A stretch of 47,586 nt of DNA from an uncultured Anaerolineae bacterium (GTDB lineage: Bacteria > Chloroflexota > Anaerolineae > CAYYKQ01). The position numbers were made by a program, and so were the translations under genes. A model generated the notes under the pieces. The model saw nothing but the letters and a program-made list of their open reading frames with translations, had not been told where the DNA came from and searched no databases. Positions 24,387 to 32,598 of this stretch are shown here, piece after piece; the stretch's first letter is position 1; each line of letters begins with the position of its first letter. The stretch spans positions 1 to 47,586 of the forward strand of contig CAYYKQ010000002.1 in the NCBI GenBank assembly GCA_964440965.1, written 5' to 3'.

Positions 24387-25355
24387 ATGACCCCTTGGTT
24401 CCCGCCTGGCGTAGAATCCGAGTATGTTCCGTGCGATCACTGTGGAGCGACTGAGGAAAGGGTATTGTTCGAAGGACCCGACCGGTTGCTCCATCTGCCG
24501 GGCACTTTCCGGGTAGTTGAGTGCCTGCGATGTGGTTGGATACGCCAGAACCCGCGTCCTACTGCCGAAACCATTAGCTACTACTATCCCCCCGATTACG
24601 TCAGCTTTATCCGTGCCATAGAAGATGAGCCCAGATTATGGCGGCGATGGGACCGCCGCTACGGGATCCTCAAGCGGCGCTGGGCAGTGGAACGCTTGCA
24701 TCCCAAAGGTCGCCTCTTAGATGTAGGCTGCGCCACTGGCATCTTTCTCCATGAGATGCAGCAGGCTGGTTGGGACGTAGTCGGCATAGAGCCGAATCTG
24801 AACGCGGCCGATTACGCCCGACGGCGCTTTGGCCTGCAGATTTACATTGGGACATTGCGCCAAGTCGGGTTGCCCAGTGCTGCCTTCGATGTGATTACAT
24901 TGTGGGATGTACTTGAACATCTGCCTACCCCCTGGGCTGATCTAGTGGAGGTGCACCGCCTCCTGAAGGACAACGGGCTATTGGTTATCCGCATTCCCAA
25001 CCTGGAGAGCCTAGAGGCGCGCTTGTTTGGCCCGTTCTGGCTGGGTTGGGACCTACCCCGTCATCTTTACCTCTTTCCCCGGCGAGCGTTGGTCGCTGGA
25101 CTTTCCGAATTGGGCTTTACCGTGGAAGAGTTCCGCTGCATTGCTGGCAGTTATTCTGCCTTTTTGCTGAGTTTGCAGTTCTTCCTGGAAGATCGATATC
25201 CTCCGCCAACGCGCTGGCCCCAATGGATACTGCGATGGGGACGCACGATGCCAACCCGGTTGGCGTTTGCGCCGCTCTTTTGGGCCATCAGCCAAGCGCG
25301 TTTATCATCCGTCATCACACTTTTTGCTCGGAAACGGGCCAGTGATGAGATATAG
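24387..25355 (+). CDS. class I SAM-dependent methyltransferase with an N-terminal 4-Cys zinc ribbon
   Basis: CDHCG...18 aa...CLRCG, then RLLDVGCATGIFLHEM and DVITLWDVLEHL. Confidence 0.8.
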   Translation: MTPWFPPGVESEYVPCDHCGATEERVLFEGPDRLLHLPGTFRVVECLRCGWIRQNPRPTAETISYYYPPDYVSFIRAIEDEPRLWRRWDRRYGILKRRWAVERLHPKGRLLDVGCATGIFLHEMQQAGWDVVGIEPNLNAADYARRRFGLQIYIGTLRQVGLPSAAFDVITLWDVLEHLPTPWADLVEVHRLLKDNGLLVIRIPNLESLEARLFGPFWLGWDLPRHLYLFPRRALVAGLSELGFTVEEFRCIAGSYSAFLLSLQFFLEDRYPPPTRWPQWILRWGRTMPTRLAFAPLFWAISQARLSSVITLFARKRASDEI

Positions 25356-25357
25356 GT

Positions 25358-26359
25358 ATGAAGTCCAGACTTGACACGCTGCAGGAGAGATGGCGTAGGC
25401 TGCAGGGCGACTCACGCCTACGACGCTGGGTGAGTATAGGCGTGATGCTCCTCACCATTGGGTTCTCGGTCGTCCTGTTGATTCACGGGCGCGAGGAGTT
25501 GCGCCAGTTTGACGATTGGCATGCCTACCTGATAGTGTGTGGGCAGGGGTTCTTACTTTATCCTCTATCAATGAGCGTTCAGGCCTTGACCTGGAGCATG
25601 ATGATTGCGCGATTGGGACAAATAGCCAGTGGATGGCGTGATATTGAAATCTACGCCTATACCCATCTTATGCGCCGCCTGCCGGGCCCCCTTTGGTATC
25701 TGGCGGGTAGGACGGTGATATATCGTGAGCGGGGCATCGGAGCAGGCGTGACTTTAGCTGCCAGCGGGCTGGAATGGCTATTATTGTTGGTGGCAGCCGT
25801 ATCTATATATGGTGGCCTGAGTCTATCTGGCCCTGGTTCGTGGTTACTGGGCTTTATAATGATCACTCTGCTGATCATAGGTAGTCTCTGGGGATTGAGG
25901 GCTGCTCTTAACTCAGTACAAGACCCGCATTGGCTACCTGGCTTCGCCCGCCACTGGCTGGGTCGCCTCTCCGTAACGGCTATGCCGCAGATCAAGCACC
26001 TTGCACTGTGGGTGGGCTTGTACACGATCGCCTACATCATTGGTGGGCTGATCCTTTTCTTGCTGATGCATGGCGTGACGCCGGAATCTAACGTAACACT
26101 AACCGACGCCATCCGTATCTGGGCATTGACAGGTGGAATTAGCTTTTTGACCTCAATGATCGTGCCAGCCGGGATGGGAATTCGGGAGTTAACTCTGACA
26201 GCGTTGTTGGCTCCGGAAGTGTCCACTGTGGCGGCCTTGTTGATCGCCTTATTGCTGCGCATGCTCTTTATTGCTGGTGATCTGGTATGGGGTGGATTGA
26301 TGTGGGCCATAGCACAAGTGCTTGGACGCGACCAGCAGGATGCGGGCACCCGCTTGTAG
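25358..26359 (+). CDS. polytopic membrane protein, flippase-like (lysyl-PG synthase TM-region-like)
   Basis: 333 aa with ~8 hydrophobic helices and an arginine-rich N-terminus. Last gene of the co-directional locus. The family call rests on weak recollection of architecture only. Confidence 0.4.
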   Translation: MKSRLDTLQERWRRLQGDSRLRRWVSIGVMLLTIGFSVVLLIHGREELRQFDDWHAYLIVCGQGFLLYPLSMSVQALTWSMMIARLGQIASGWRDIEIYAYTHLMRRLPGPLWYLAGRTVIYRERGIGAGVTLAASGLEWLLLLVAAVSIYGGLSLSGPGSWLLGFIMITLLIIGSLWGLRAALNSVQDPHWLPGFARHWLGRLSVTAMPQIKHLALWVGLYTIAYIIGGLILFLLMHGVTPESNVTLTDAIRIWALTGGISFLTSMIVPAGMGIRELTLTALLAPEVSTVAALLIALLLRMLFIAGDLVWGGLMWAIAQVLGRDQQDAGTRL

Positions 26360-26433
26360 GGGAGGAGAATCTGTTTGGCTGTCTTTTAGTCGAACTCGGC
26401 CCTGGACAGCGCGGATTTACTACTAATGGGTTA

Positions 26434-26462
26434 TTGACTGGAGATGGCTTATGGGCTATAAT
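26434..26462 (+). promoter_or_regulatory. near-perfect sigma70 consensus promoter of the 4-repeat secreted protein gene
   Basis: TTGACT (26434..26439), exactly 17 nt, TATAAT (26457..26462). A ~60-nt leader ends in SD AAGGAGG, 7 nt before ATG 26528. Confidence 0.65.
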
Positions 26463-26527
26463 TTGATTAGAATTTTAACTTGGCAATCACACGCTTGCCT
26501 CATATTCAAACAAAGGAGGTTCAAGAA

Positions 26528-27859
26528 ATGAAGAAGTGTATAATTGTTCTAGCGGTCGCGCTGTTGCTGGCGGCTCTGCCGGTTGTTGTCAGTGCGGATG
26601 TGCCGGCACCTGAGGGACCCTTCAATACAGCCTTCCGTGTCCAGAACCTGGGGAGCGAACCGGCGCACTGCTCATTCATTTTCTACGACGCTAATGGTCA
26701 TGAGGCATACTCCAGTGGCCCCCTGCCTGAAATCCCTGTGGGTGAAAGCGCCTACGTCTACGTGCCGACCGATACTACGGTAGCAGACGGTCAATATGCT
26801 GGCGTGGTAAGCTGCGACCAGGAGGTGGCAGCAGTCGTGAACTTCAGCGACCCAGATAGTGGCGCGAGTTACAGTGGCGTAAGTGAGAGCGAAGTTGCTG
26901 ACACCCTGTATGCACCCGGCATCTACGATAACTACTACAACTACTATTCCAATGTGATAGTGCAGAACGCCAGCGGCGAGTTGAATGACATCACATTGGA
27001 AATCTACGAACCTGGCAATCCGACCCCGGTTTACACCGATACCAAATCCAATGTACCGGCCAATGGCTTTGTCACCTGGGAGCAGGAGGGGCTGACAGAG
27101 CTCGCTGACAACCAATTCTACTCAGCCAAGATCATTGGCACGGGTGACATTGCGGCCATCGTGAACATCTATGGCAAGGGGCCCTGTGACGATCAGCTTT
27201 ACTCGTACAATCCCTTTGCTAGGGGGTCAACTATTGCCTATGCGCCGGTCATCATGAACGACTACTATGGCTACAATACCGCGTTGGTGATCCAGAATCT
27301 AGGTACCATTGATGCGGATGTGACCATCACTTACTCTGATGGCACGGTGAAGACCACTACCATTGCTCCTGGGGCAGCAGATAGCCGCTACACGCCAGCC
27401 GAAGGCCTGGCCACTGGCCTGCTGACCGGAGCCAAAGTTGAGTGCACCAATGGCCAGCCGATTGTGGTGCTGGTGAACGAATCTAACGACAAGAACCGTG
27501 CAGCCAGCTACTCCGGCTTTGCCGCTGGAAGCACGACGGTACGTGCTCCTATCGTGATGCGGCGCTATTACAAATATAACACCAGCGTCACCTGCCAGAA
27601 TATCGGCACTGCGGCTGCCACCATGTCCATATCTTATGGTGGTATTCCAGGGACGACGACTTCTGATCCTGTACCTGTAAATGGTATCTGGATGTTCTAC
27701 CAGCCAACCGATCCTCTGCTGAGCGATGGCTTCATCGGTTCGGCCACTATAACCTCTACCCAGCCCATTGTCTGCATCGTCAACGAGGACATGAATGAGC
27801 CGCCGGAGCGTGACCAAATAATGGATATGCTCTATGCTTACAACGGCATCGGGCAATAG
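26528..27859 (+). CDS. secreted protein built from four tandem ~100-110 aa beta-rich repeats (candidate abundant surface / S-layer-like protein)
   Basis: Signal peptide MKKCIIVLAVALLLAALPVVVSA/DV. Repeat landmarks recur four times: x-V/I-QN-x-G at aa 39, 146, 256, 357. YAPxI..YYxYN recurs in repeats 2-3 and as RAPIV..YYKYN in repeat 4. Each repeat also carries (I/V)(A/V)x(I/V)VN and SYSG/YSYN/YAYNG. Start refined from TTG 26480 to ATG 26528. Confidence 0.75.
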   Translation: MKKCIIVLAVALLLAALPVVVSADVPAPEGPFNTAFRVQNLGSEPAHCSFIFYDANGHEAYSSGPLPEIPVGESAYVYVPTDTTVADGQYAGVVSCDQEVAAVVNFSDPDSGASYSGVSESEVADTLYAPGIYDNYYNYYSNVIVQNASGELNDITLEIYEPGNPTPVYTDTKSNVPANGFVTWEQEGLTELADNQFYSAKIIGTGDIAAIVNIYGKGPCDDQLYSYNPFARGSTIAYAPVIMNDYYGYNTALVIQNLGTIDADVTITYSDGTVKTTTIAPGAADSRYTPAEGLATGLLTGAKVECTNGQPIVVLVNESNDKNRAASYSGFAAGSTTVRAPIVMRRYYKYNTSVTCQNIGTAAATMSISYGGIPGTTTSDPVPVNGIWMFYQPTDPLLSDGFIGSATITSTQPIVCIVNEDMNEPPERDQIMDMLYAYNGIGQ

Positions 27860-27938
27860 GTGCTTGGCTTTGTCAACCCTAACCTCGAAGGCCACCGGCT
27901 ATCTGGTGGCCTTCGAGCGTATAATAGTTGGAGTACAA

Positions 27939-28448
27939 ATGAGACAGCTGAGCATTGTGATATTACTGATCCTAGGCATGGGCTTATCCAGTTGTGGTAC
28001 AGAGCCGACGCCCAGGGCGGCTCTCGAGTCATCTATAGCATATACCAGCCCCCTTGTCACTCCGATAACAAGTGACATCGTCCCCACTCCAATCCCTAAC
28101 CCACCACCCGACAAAGGAGCGATTACCGGTCGGTTCGTTGACTACATCTCTGGGGAACCCGCAGCGGAGATGATCATCTATCTCGGCGAACTATCTCCCC
28201 TGAGCATAGGAAACTCCGAATCTCATGTTATCACGATGTTGCCCTGTTCCTCTCCCAGCACCATGACTGACAAGCATGGCTACTTCGCCTTCCTTGATGT
28301 GGAGCCAGGCACATACGCAATGGTGATATGGACTCCGGCAAAATCTTGGGTAGTCTGTAATCCAGAAACGAAACTGGATATTCTGGTAACTGTTGAAGCT
28401 GGAGCGATCACAGAGCTGGGAGAGGTTGCCATAGATCTGCCTAATTAA
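27939..28448 (+). CDS. small lipoprotein with a carboxypeptidase-regulatory-like beta-sandwich domain
   Basis: MRQLSIVILLILGMGLSSCGTEP (lipobox LSSC); KHGYFAFLDVEPGTYAMVIWTP. Start refined from 27834 to ATG 27939. Confidence 0.6.
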   Translation: MRQLSIVILLILGMGLSSCGTEPTPRAALESSIAYTSPLVTPITSDIVPTPIPNPPPDKGAITGRFVDYISGEPAAEMIIYLGELSPLSIGNSESHVITMLPCSSPSTMTDKHGYFAFLDVEPGTYAMVIWTPAKSWVVCNPETKLDILVTVEAGAITELGEVAIDLPN

Positions 28449-28484
28449 TGCGTTGCTTCTGCATCAACTATATGTATATATGTA

Positions 28485-28520
28485 GCCCCCGCCAACTCCG
28501 GCGGGGGCTGCGCATTTTTC
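28485..28520 (+). terminator. intrinsic terminator after the lipoprotein gene
   Basis: Perfect 9-bp GC stem GCCCCCGCC (28485..28493) / GGCGGGGGC (28500..28508), loop AACTCC, then TGCGCA-TTTTT (T-run 28515..28519). Confidence 0.6.
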
Positions 28521-28578
28521 TGGTGAGGCGGGAATGCCATGTCGCGCTTAACACTCTCTTTCCAATCCCTTTGTTTCA

Positions 28579-28752
28579 TCATAGTTGCATCCCTGCTACA
28601 TCGGTGGCACCTCGCTCCAGGATCTTCATCTGGTAGGGCTCTTCTGCCACCTCTTCGCTGCGATTTCTCGAATATATGAAGTGCTGGTAGTGATTGGCAA
28701 CATAGGCAAGAGGCGGGAGAACCTGGAAGAATCTAACTGTGCTTACGGTCAT
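28579..28752 (-). CDS. unlisted 57-aa ORF overlapping the LuxR/Kelch gene stop (ATGA)
   Basis: My translation: MTVSTVRFFQVLPPLAYVANHYQHFIYSRNRSEEVAEEPYQMKILERGATDVAGMQL, then TGA. It is below the track's length cut-off. I recognise no family. Confidence 0.25.
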   Translation of the reverse strand: MTVSTVRFFQVLPPLAYVANHYQHFIYSRNRSEEVAEEPYQMKILERGATDVAGMQL

Positions 28753-30041
28753 GGAACCCTGGGCAGCATAATCACATAAATGGCTTGATACTCCTGATTA
28801 GCACTCATGTAGTTCCCGTCCCATCCCCCGATAGCGTACATCTTGGTATCCACAAAGGCTAAACCCAAGCCTTTCCACATTCCTTCGATAGGTGTCTTGA
28901 AGCTCTGCCAATTATCATCTCGTATGTTATATTTGAAGGCCTTAGAGGAACCTCCCTCCCACCCCCCGATGACATGGATAAGGTTAATCGCTGCAGCAAC
29001 CCCTGCCCCGCTCCTCCCAGCAGGCATGGGCATTCTCTCCTCCCAACCGTCCTTGCTGGGATCATACTCCTCATTTACGGCCAGATCCCTCTGGCCATCG
29101 TAGCCCCCTACAACATAGATCTTATTGCCGACCACGGCAGCACCTGTGAATCCCCGCACGGTGGGCATGGGTGCCTTGGCTATCCAGAGGTCTCGCTCAG
29201 GGTCGTATTCATATACGGATGCCAGATAGGATTCGCCATCCCAACCGCCGAATAGGTAGAGCTTGCCCTCGAAGGCAGCTAAAGCATAGGCGCTGAGGGC
29301 TATGGGCAGAGGTGCCCTCTCCTCCCATCTATCCTCTTCAGGATCGTAGACCTCCATGACATCGGTTAGCTCGCCTGAGGCGAGGCGGCCGCCAGGCACG
29401 TAGATCCTCCCCCCGACGACGGCTGCTTTCACGTCGCTCACGGGCGTCGGCTTCCCGGCCAGGGAAATCCACTCATCGGCCTCCGGATCGTACCTCTCAA
29501 CAACGCCGGTTACCCCCTCAGCGGCCTCGCCCCCGATGGCGTAGACAAAACCCTCATAGGCGACAACGGCCAGGCCCATCCGGGGCGTGGGCAACGGTGC
29601 CTTGGCTGTCCACCGCTCCTGTGCAGCCCTGGTGGCAAGGGCCATCGAACCGGCGGTGTCTAAGGAGGCCATGGGCTTAGTAGGCCTAAGGATGGCTCGA
29701 GAGAGGGCCAGGACGAGCACAACAGATAAGGCCACTATCGCCAGGCCGAGACGCCAGTTTAACCAGGCCCCAGCTTTGCGTGATCTATCCTCGGCGATGG
29801 CCACCTCTTCGACCTCGGGCAGAGATACACCTTCAACCAAGCCCTCACGGACGGCGAACATGGCCAACTCGGTACGGGAGTTTACCCCCAGCTTAGCGAA
29901 GATGTTCCTGAGGTGGACCTTGACAGTATTGACACTGATGAAGAGCTCACTCGCGATCTGCCGATTGGTGGCCCCAGTGGCAACCAGCCGGATGACCTCT
30001 ATCTCCCGCTCAGTGAGCTCTTCACGCTCCTTCTGCTCCAA
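28749..30041 (-). CDS. membrane-anchored one-component regulator: cytoplasmic LuxR/GerE-type HTH, single TM helix, extracytoplasmic six-blade Kelch beta-propeller
   Basis: HTH LTEREIEVIRLVATGATNRQIASELFISVNTVKVHLRNIFAKLGVNSRTELA. TM WLNWRLGLAIVALSVVLVLAL. Six Kelch-like blades (xxxYAIGG / IYVPGG / LYLFGGWDG / IYVVGGYDG / IHVIGGWEG / MYAIGGWDG). The track start is ATG 30140. I prefer TTG 30041 (GGAGG 7 nt upstream), because a perfect consensus promoter lies at 30072..30100 inside the longer ORF. Confidence 0.8.
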   Translation of the reverse strand: MEQKEREELTEREIEVIRLVATGATNRQIASELFISVNTVKVHLRNIFAKLGVNSRTELAMFAVREGLVEGVSLPEVEEVAIAEDRSRKAGAWLNWRLGLAIVALSVVLVLALSRAILRPTKPMASLDTAGSMALATRAAQERWTAKAPLPTPRMGLAVVAYEGFVYAIGGEAAEGVTGVVERYDPEADEWISLAGKPTPVSDVKAAVVGGRIYVPGGRLASGELTDVMEVYDPEEDRWEERAPLPIALSAYALAAFEGKLYLFGGWDGESYLASVYEYDPERDLWIAKAPMPTVRGFTGAAVVGNKIYVVGGYDGQRDLAVNEEYDPSKDGWEERMPMPAGRSGAGVAAAINLIHVIGGWEGGSSKAFKYNIRDDNWQSFKTPIEGMWKGLGLAFVDTKMYAIGGWDGNYMSANQEYQAIYVIMLPRVP

Positions 30042-30071
30042 GGCCTGACCTCCGCCAGCTAATCTGCGCTC

Positions 30072-30100
30072 ATTATACCTTGGCCCAAGTGAGGTGTCAA
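30072..30100 (-). promoter_or_regulatory. perfect sigma70 consensus promoter for the LuxR/Kelch regulator
   Basis: Minus strand reads TTGACA (30100..30095), exactly 17 nt, TATAAT (30077..30072). All 12 of 12 consensus positions match. Confidence 0.65.
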
Positions 30101-30145
30101 ATCGAAAGCGCTCTTCAGCCGATTTGAGTGCGGAATCCATCCAGG

Positions 30146-30168
30146 CCGGTCAAAGCCTGTTTGACTGG
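30146..30168. promoter_or_regulatory. 23-bp palindrome (candidate operator) overlapping the -35 of the GT-C promoter
   Basis: CCGGTCAAA-GCCTG-TTTGACTGG: 9-nt arms with one mismatch and a 5-nt centre. Located between the divergent regulator and GT-C genes. Confidence 0.4.
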
Positions 30169-30189
30169 CCAGTGGACAGATGGTAGAAT
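30161..30189 (+). promoter_or_regulatory. sigma70-type promoter (extended -10) for the GT-C/GT2 pair
   Basis: TTGACT (30161..30166), 17 nt, TGgTAGAAT (-10 at 30184..30189). SD AAGGAGG lies 7 nt before ATG 30250. Confidence 0.55.
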
Positions 30190-30249
30190 ATCCGCAGGCT
30201 TCTCAGAAGTGATTCGATCAGGAAGGGCGAGCTCCTAAGGAGGATACTC

Positions 30250-32580
30250 ATGAAAGCCGCAAGAGCCCTCGTAAGGCTTGGCCTGATCCTCATCATCCTG
30301 GCAGCGGCCTCTCTGCGCTTCTATCGCCTGGATGGCCAGAGTCTATGGGCAGACGAGGGCAACAGCGTAGCCCTGGCCGGAAGAGACCTGTCTACCATCG
30401 CCAGGAACGCCTCCAATGACATCCATCCTCCCTTTTACTACTGGCTGCTCCATTTCTGGGCGATGGCTTTCGGAAGGAGCGAGGTCGCCGTCCGCTCCCT
30501 CTCAGCCCTCTTGGGGGTTGCCCTCGTTTATCTGATCTTTCTCTTGGGCTACCAGCTCTTCGACCACCGGGTGGCCTTGGCAGCTGCCTTCCTATCCGCC
30601 CTCTCTCCCTTCCAGGTCTACTACTCTCAGGAGGCCAGGATGTACATCCTCGCTACGCTGCTGGGAGCCTCGTCCGTTTACCTCTTCGTCAAGTTAGCGA
30701 GGAGAGGCTTAGAGGGACCTAAATGGGTCTATTTCCTCTACATCTTGGCCACCACACTCGGCCTCTACACCCATCACTCCTTCCTCCTCATCCCCCTCGT
30801 GGAGAATCTGGCTTACATCCTATGGTTGGTTTTAAATCGTAGGGGCTCTGGGCATCTCTGGCGCTGGTTGGCCATTCAACTGGCTATTATTATCCTCTAT
30901 CTGCCCTGGCTGCCCATTACCTATCGCCAGCTAACCAGTTGGCCTCCGATCAGTAAGGCATACAGCCCCTTATTCATCGCCAACGAGGCCCTACGCCTCT
31001 ACAGCTTAGGACTCACGGTGGAGAGGGGAGGACTCACCACATGGTTCATGGCCGGCTTCGCCCTCCTTTTCCTAGTCGGCCTTCTTCCCTCGAGCTCGCG
31101 GCTCACAAATCGAATCTGTCTGCTCCTCCTTTACAGCCTCTCCCCCGTGATCCTGATGTGCTTGCTCTCCCTCATTAAGCCCACCTATCGACCCAAATTC
31201 TTCCTGCTGGGCAACCCAGCGTTTTACCTCATTCTGGCAGAAGGGATCGTACGATCGAGCGAAGCGGCGAGCAGGAAATGCTCTCCTGCCCGTCACCTGC
31301 TGGCCACTGCCTGCTTGCTATTCGTCGCCGTCACCTCCGCCAGATCGCTCCGGAACTACTACTTCGATCCCCGGTATGCCCGCGACGACTATCGCGGGAT
31401 CGCTGAATACATCTCCGTCCGAGAGGATAGGGACGATGCCATCCTCCTCAACGCTCCCGGCCAATGGGAAGTCTTCACCTACTACTACCGAGGTCGAAGC
31501 CCCATCTACCCCCTCCCCAGAACCCGCCCTCTGAACGAAGCCGACACAGCCAGGGAGCTAGAGGAGATATTGGCTCGCCATGACAGGATTTTCGCCGTCT
31601 TCTGGGCCACCGACGAAAGCGACCCCGCCCGCTTCATTGAAGGCTGGCTGGACGCCCACGCTTATAAAGCCCTTGACACATGGCGTGGCAACGTACGCTT
31701 GGTCGTTTACAGCGTGCCTAGAACTCCCCCTTCAACTGAGATCCAAAACCCGCTCCGAGCGACATTAGGCGACGAGATAGCCCTCTTAGGCTACAACCTC
31801 CTCTCAGATCGGGTGCGGTCGGGCGAGATCCTACAGCTCACCCTCTTCTGGCAGGCCCTGAAGAAGCCCAAAGGGCGCTACAAGGTTTTCGTACATGTAT
31901 TGGACGAGGCCAATCACATCGTGGGCCAGCGTGACAGCGAGCCGGGAGGAGGGGCTATGATCACTACCATCTGGCAGCCAGGACAGCTGATAGCCGACAA
32001 CTATGGAGTCCTTATCCGGCCAGGCACACCTCCGGGCCGCTATCGGCTCCAGGTGGGCATGTATGAGCTGTACTCGGGCCTCCGGCTTCCGGCGGATGGC
32101 GACGACAAGATCATCCTGCAGTCCATCGAGGTGCTGCGCCCTGAAGAGCCGCCCTCCTTGGCCGTCTTGGGCATCCAGCACGAGGCGGAGGTCGCCTGCG
32201 GCGAGCTCATCCTCCTGGGTTACGACCTCAATAAGTTAGGCTATGAGCATCAGCCAGAGGCCCCACTCCACCCCGGCGATGTCCTGCACTTGAGCCTTTA
32301 CTGGAAGGCCTTGAATGCGCCCAGAGTCGAATGGCTGCTGAACTTGAAATTAATGGATGAAAAAGGCAACCTCTGGTGGAACGCTCAAAGGGCTCAACCA
32401 TCGGGCCAGAATTATCCCACGACCAAGTGGCGGGAGGGGGAGGTGGTGCGAGGGCAGTTTCACATCCCCATCCCAGCCAGAGCAGCAAAGGGTCATTACC
32501 GGATCTGGGGCCAACTGATATCCAAAGATGGAAAGCAACCCCAGCTGCCCTTTACCTCGGTCTGGTTCACGGTCCATTAG
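30250..32580 (+). CDS. GT-C-type membrane glycosyltransferase (GT39 / ArnT-PMT-like) with a large C-terminal extracytoplasmic domain
   Basis: 776 aa. First-loop motif LWADEGNSVALAGRDL...NDIHPPFYYWLLHFW. ~11 TM helices followed by a ~400-aa soluble domain. Confidence 0.8.
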   Translation: MKAARALVRLGLILIILAAASLRFYRLDGQSLWADEGNSVALAGRDLSTIARNASNDIHPPFYYWLLHFWAMAFGRSEVAVRSLSALLGVALVYLIFLLGYQLFDHRVALAAAFLSALSPFQVYYSQEARMYILATLLGASSVYLFVKLARRGLEGPKWVYFLYILATTLGLYTHHSFLLIPLVENLAYILWLVLNRRGSGHLWRWLAIQLAIIILYLPWLPITYRQLTSWPPISKAYSPLFIANEALRLYSLGLTVERGGLTTWFMAGFALLFLVGLLPSSSRLTNRICLLLLYSLSPVILMCLLSLIKPTYRPKFFLLGNPAFYLILAEGIVRSSEAASRKCSPARHLLATACLLFVAVTSARSLRNYYFDPRYARDDYRGIAEYISVREDRDDAILLNAPGQWEVFTYYYRGRSPIYPLPRTRPLNEADTARELEEILARHDRIFAVFWATDESDPARFIEGWLDAHAYKALDTWRGNVRLVVYSVPRTPPSTEIQNPLRATLGDEIALLGYNLLSDRVRSGEILQLTLFWQALKKPKGRYKVFVHVLDEANHIVGQRDSEPGGGAMITTIWQPGQLIADNYGVLIRPGTPPGRYRLQVGMYELYSGLRLPADGDDKIILQSIEVLRPEEPPSLAVLGIQHEAEVACGELILLGYDLNKLGYEHQPEAPLHPGDVLHLSLYWKALNAPRVEWLLNLKLMDEKGNLWWNAQRAQPSGQNYPTTKWREGEVVRGQFHIPIPARAAKGHYRIWGQLISKDGKQPQLPFTSVWFTVH

Positions 32581-32598
32581 CACAGGGGAGGGGAAGCT

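Noticed and set aside
28448-28779. Plus-strand ORFs 28448..28636 and 28585..28779 in the convergent gap
   Set aside because: The first starts on the stop codon of the lipoprotein gene and runs through its terminator hairpin. Both have odd Cys/His/Ile-rich composition and no SD. The minus-strand 57-aa ORF is a marginally better explanation for the gap.
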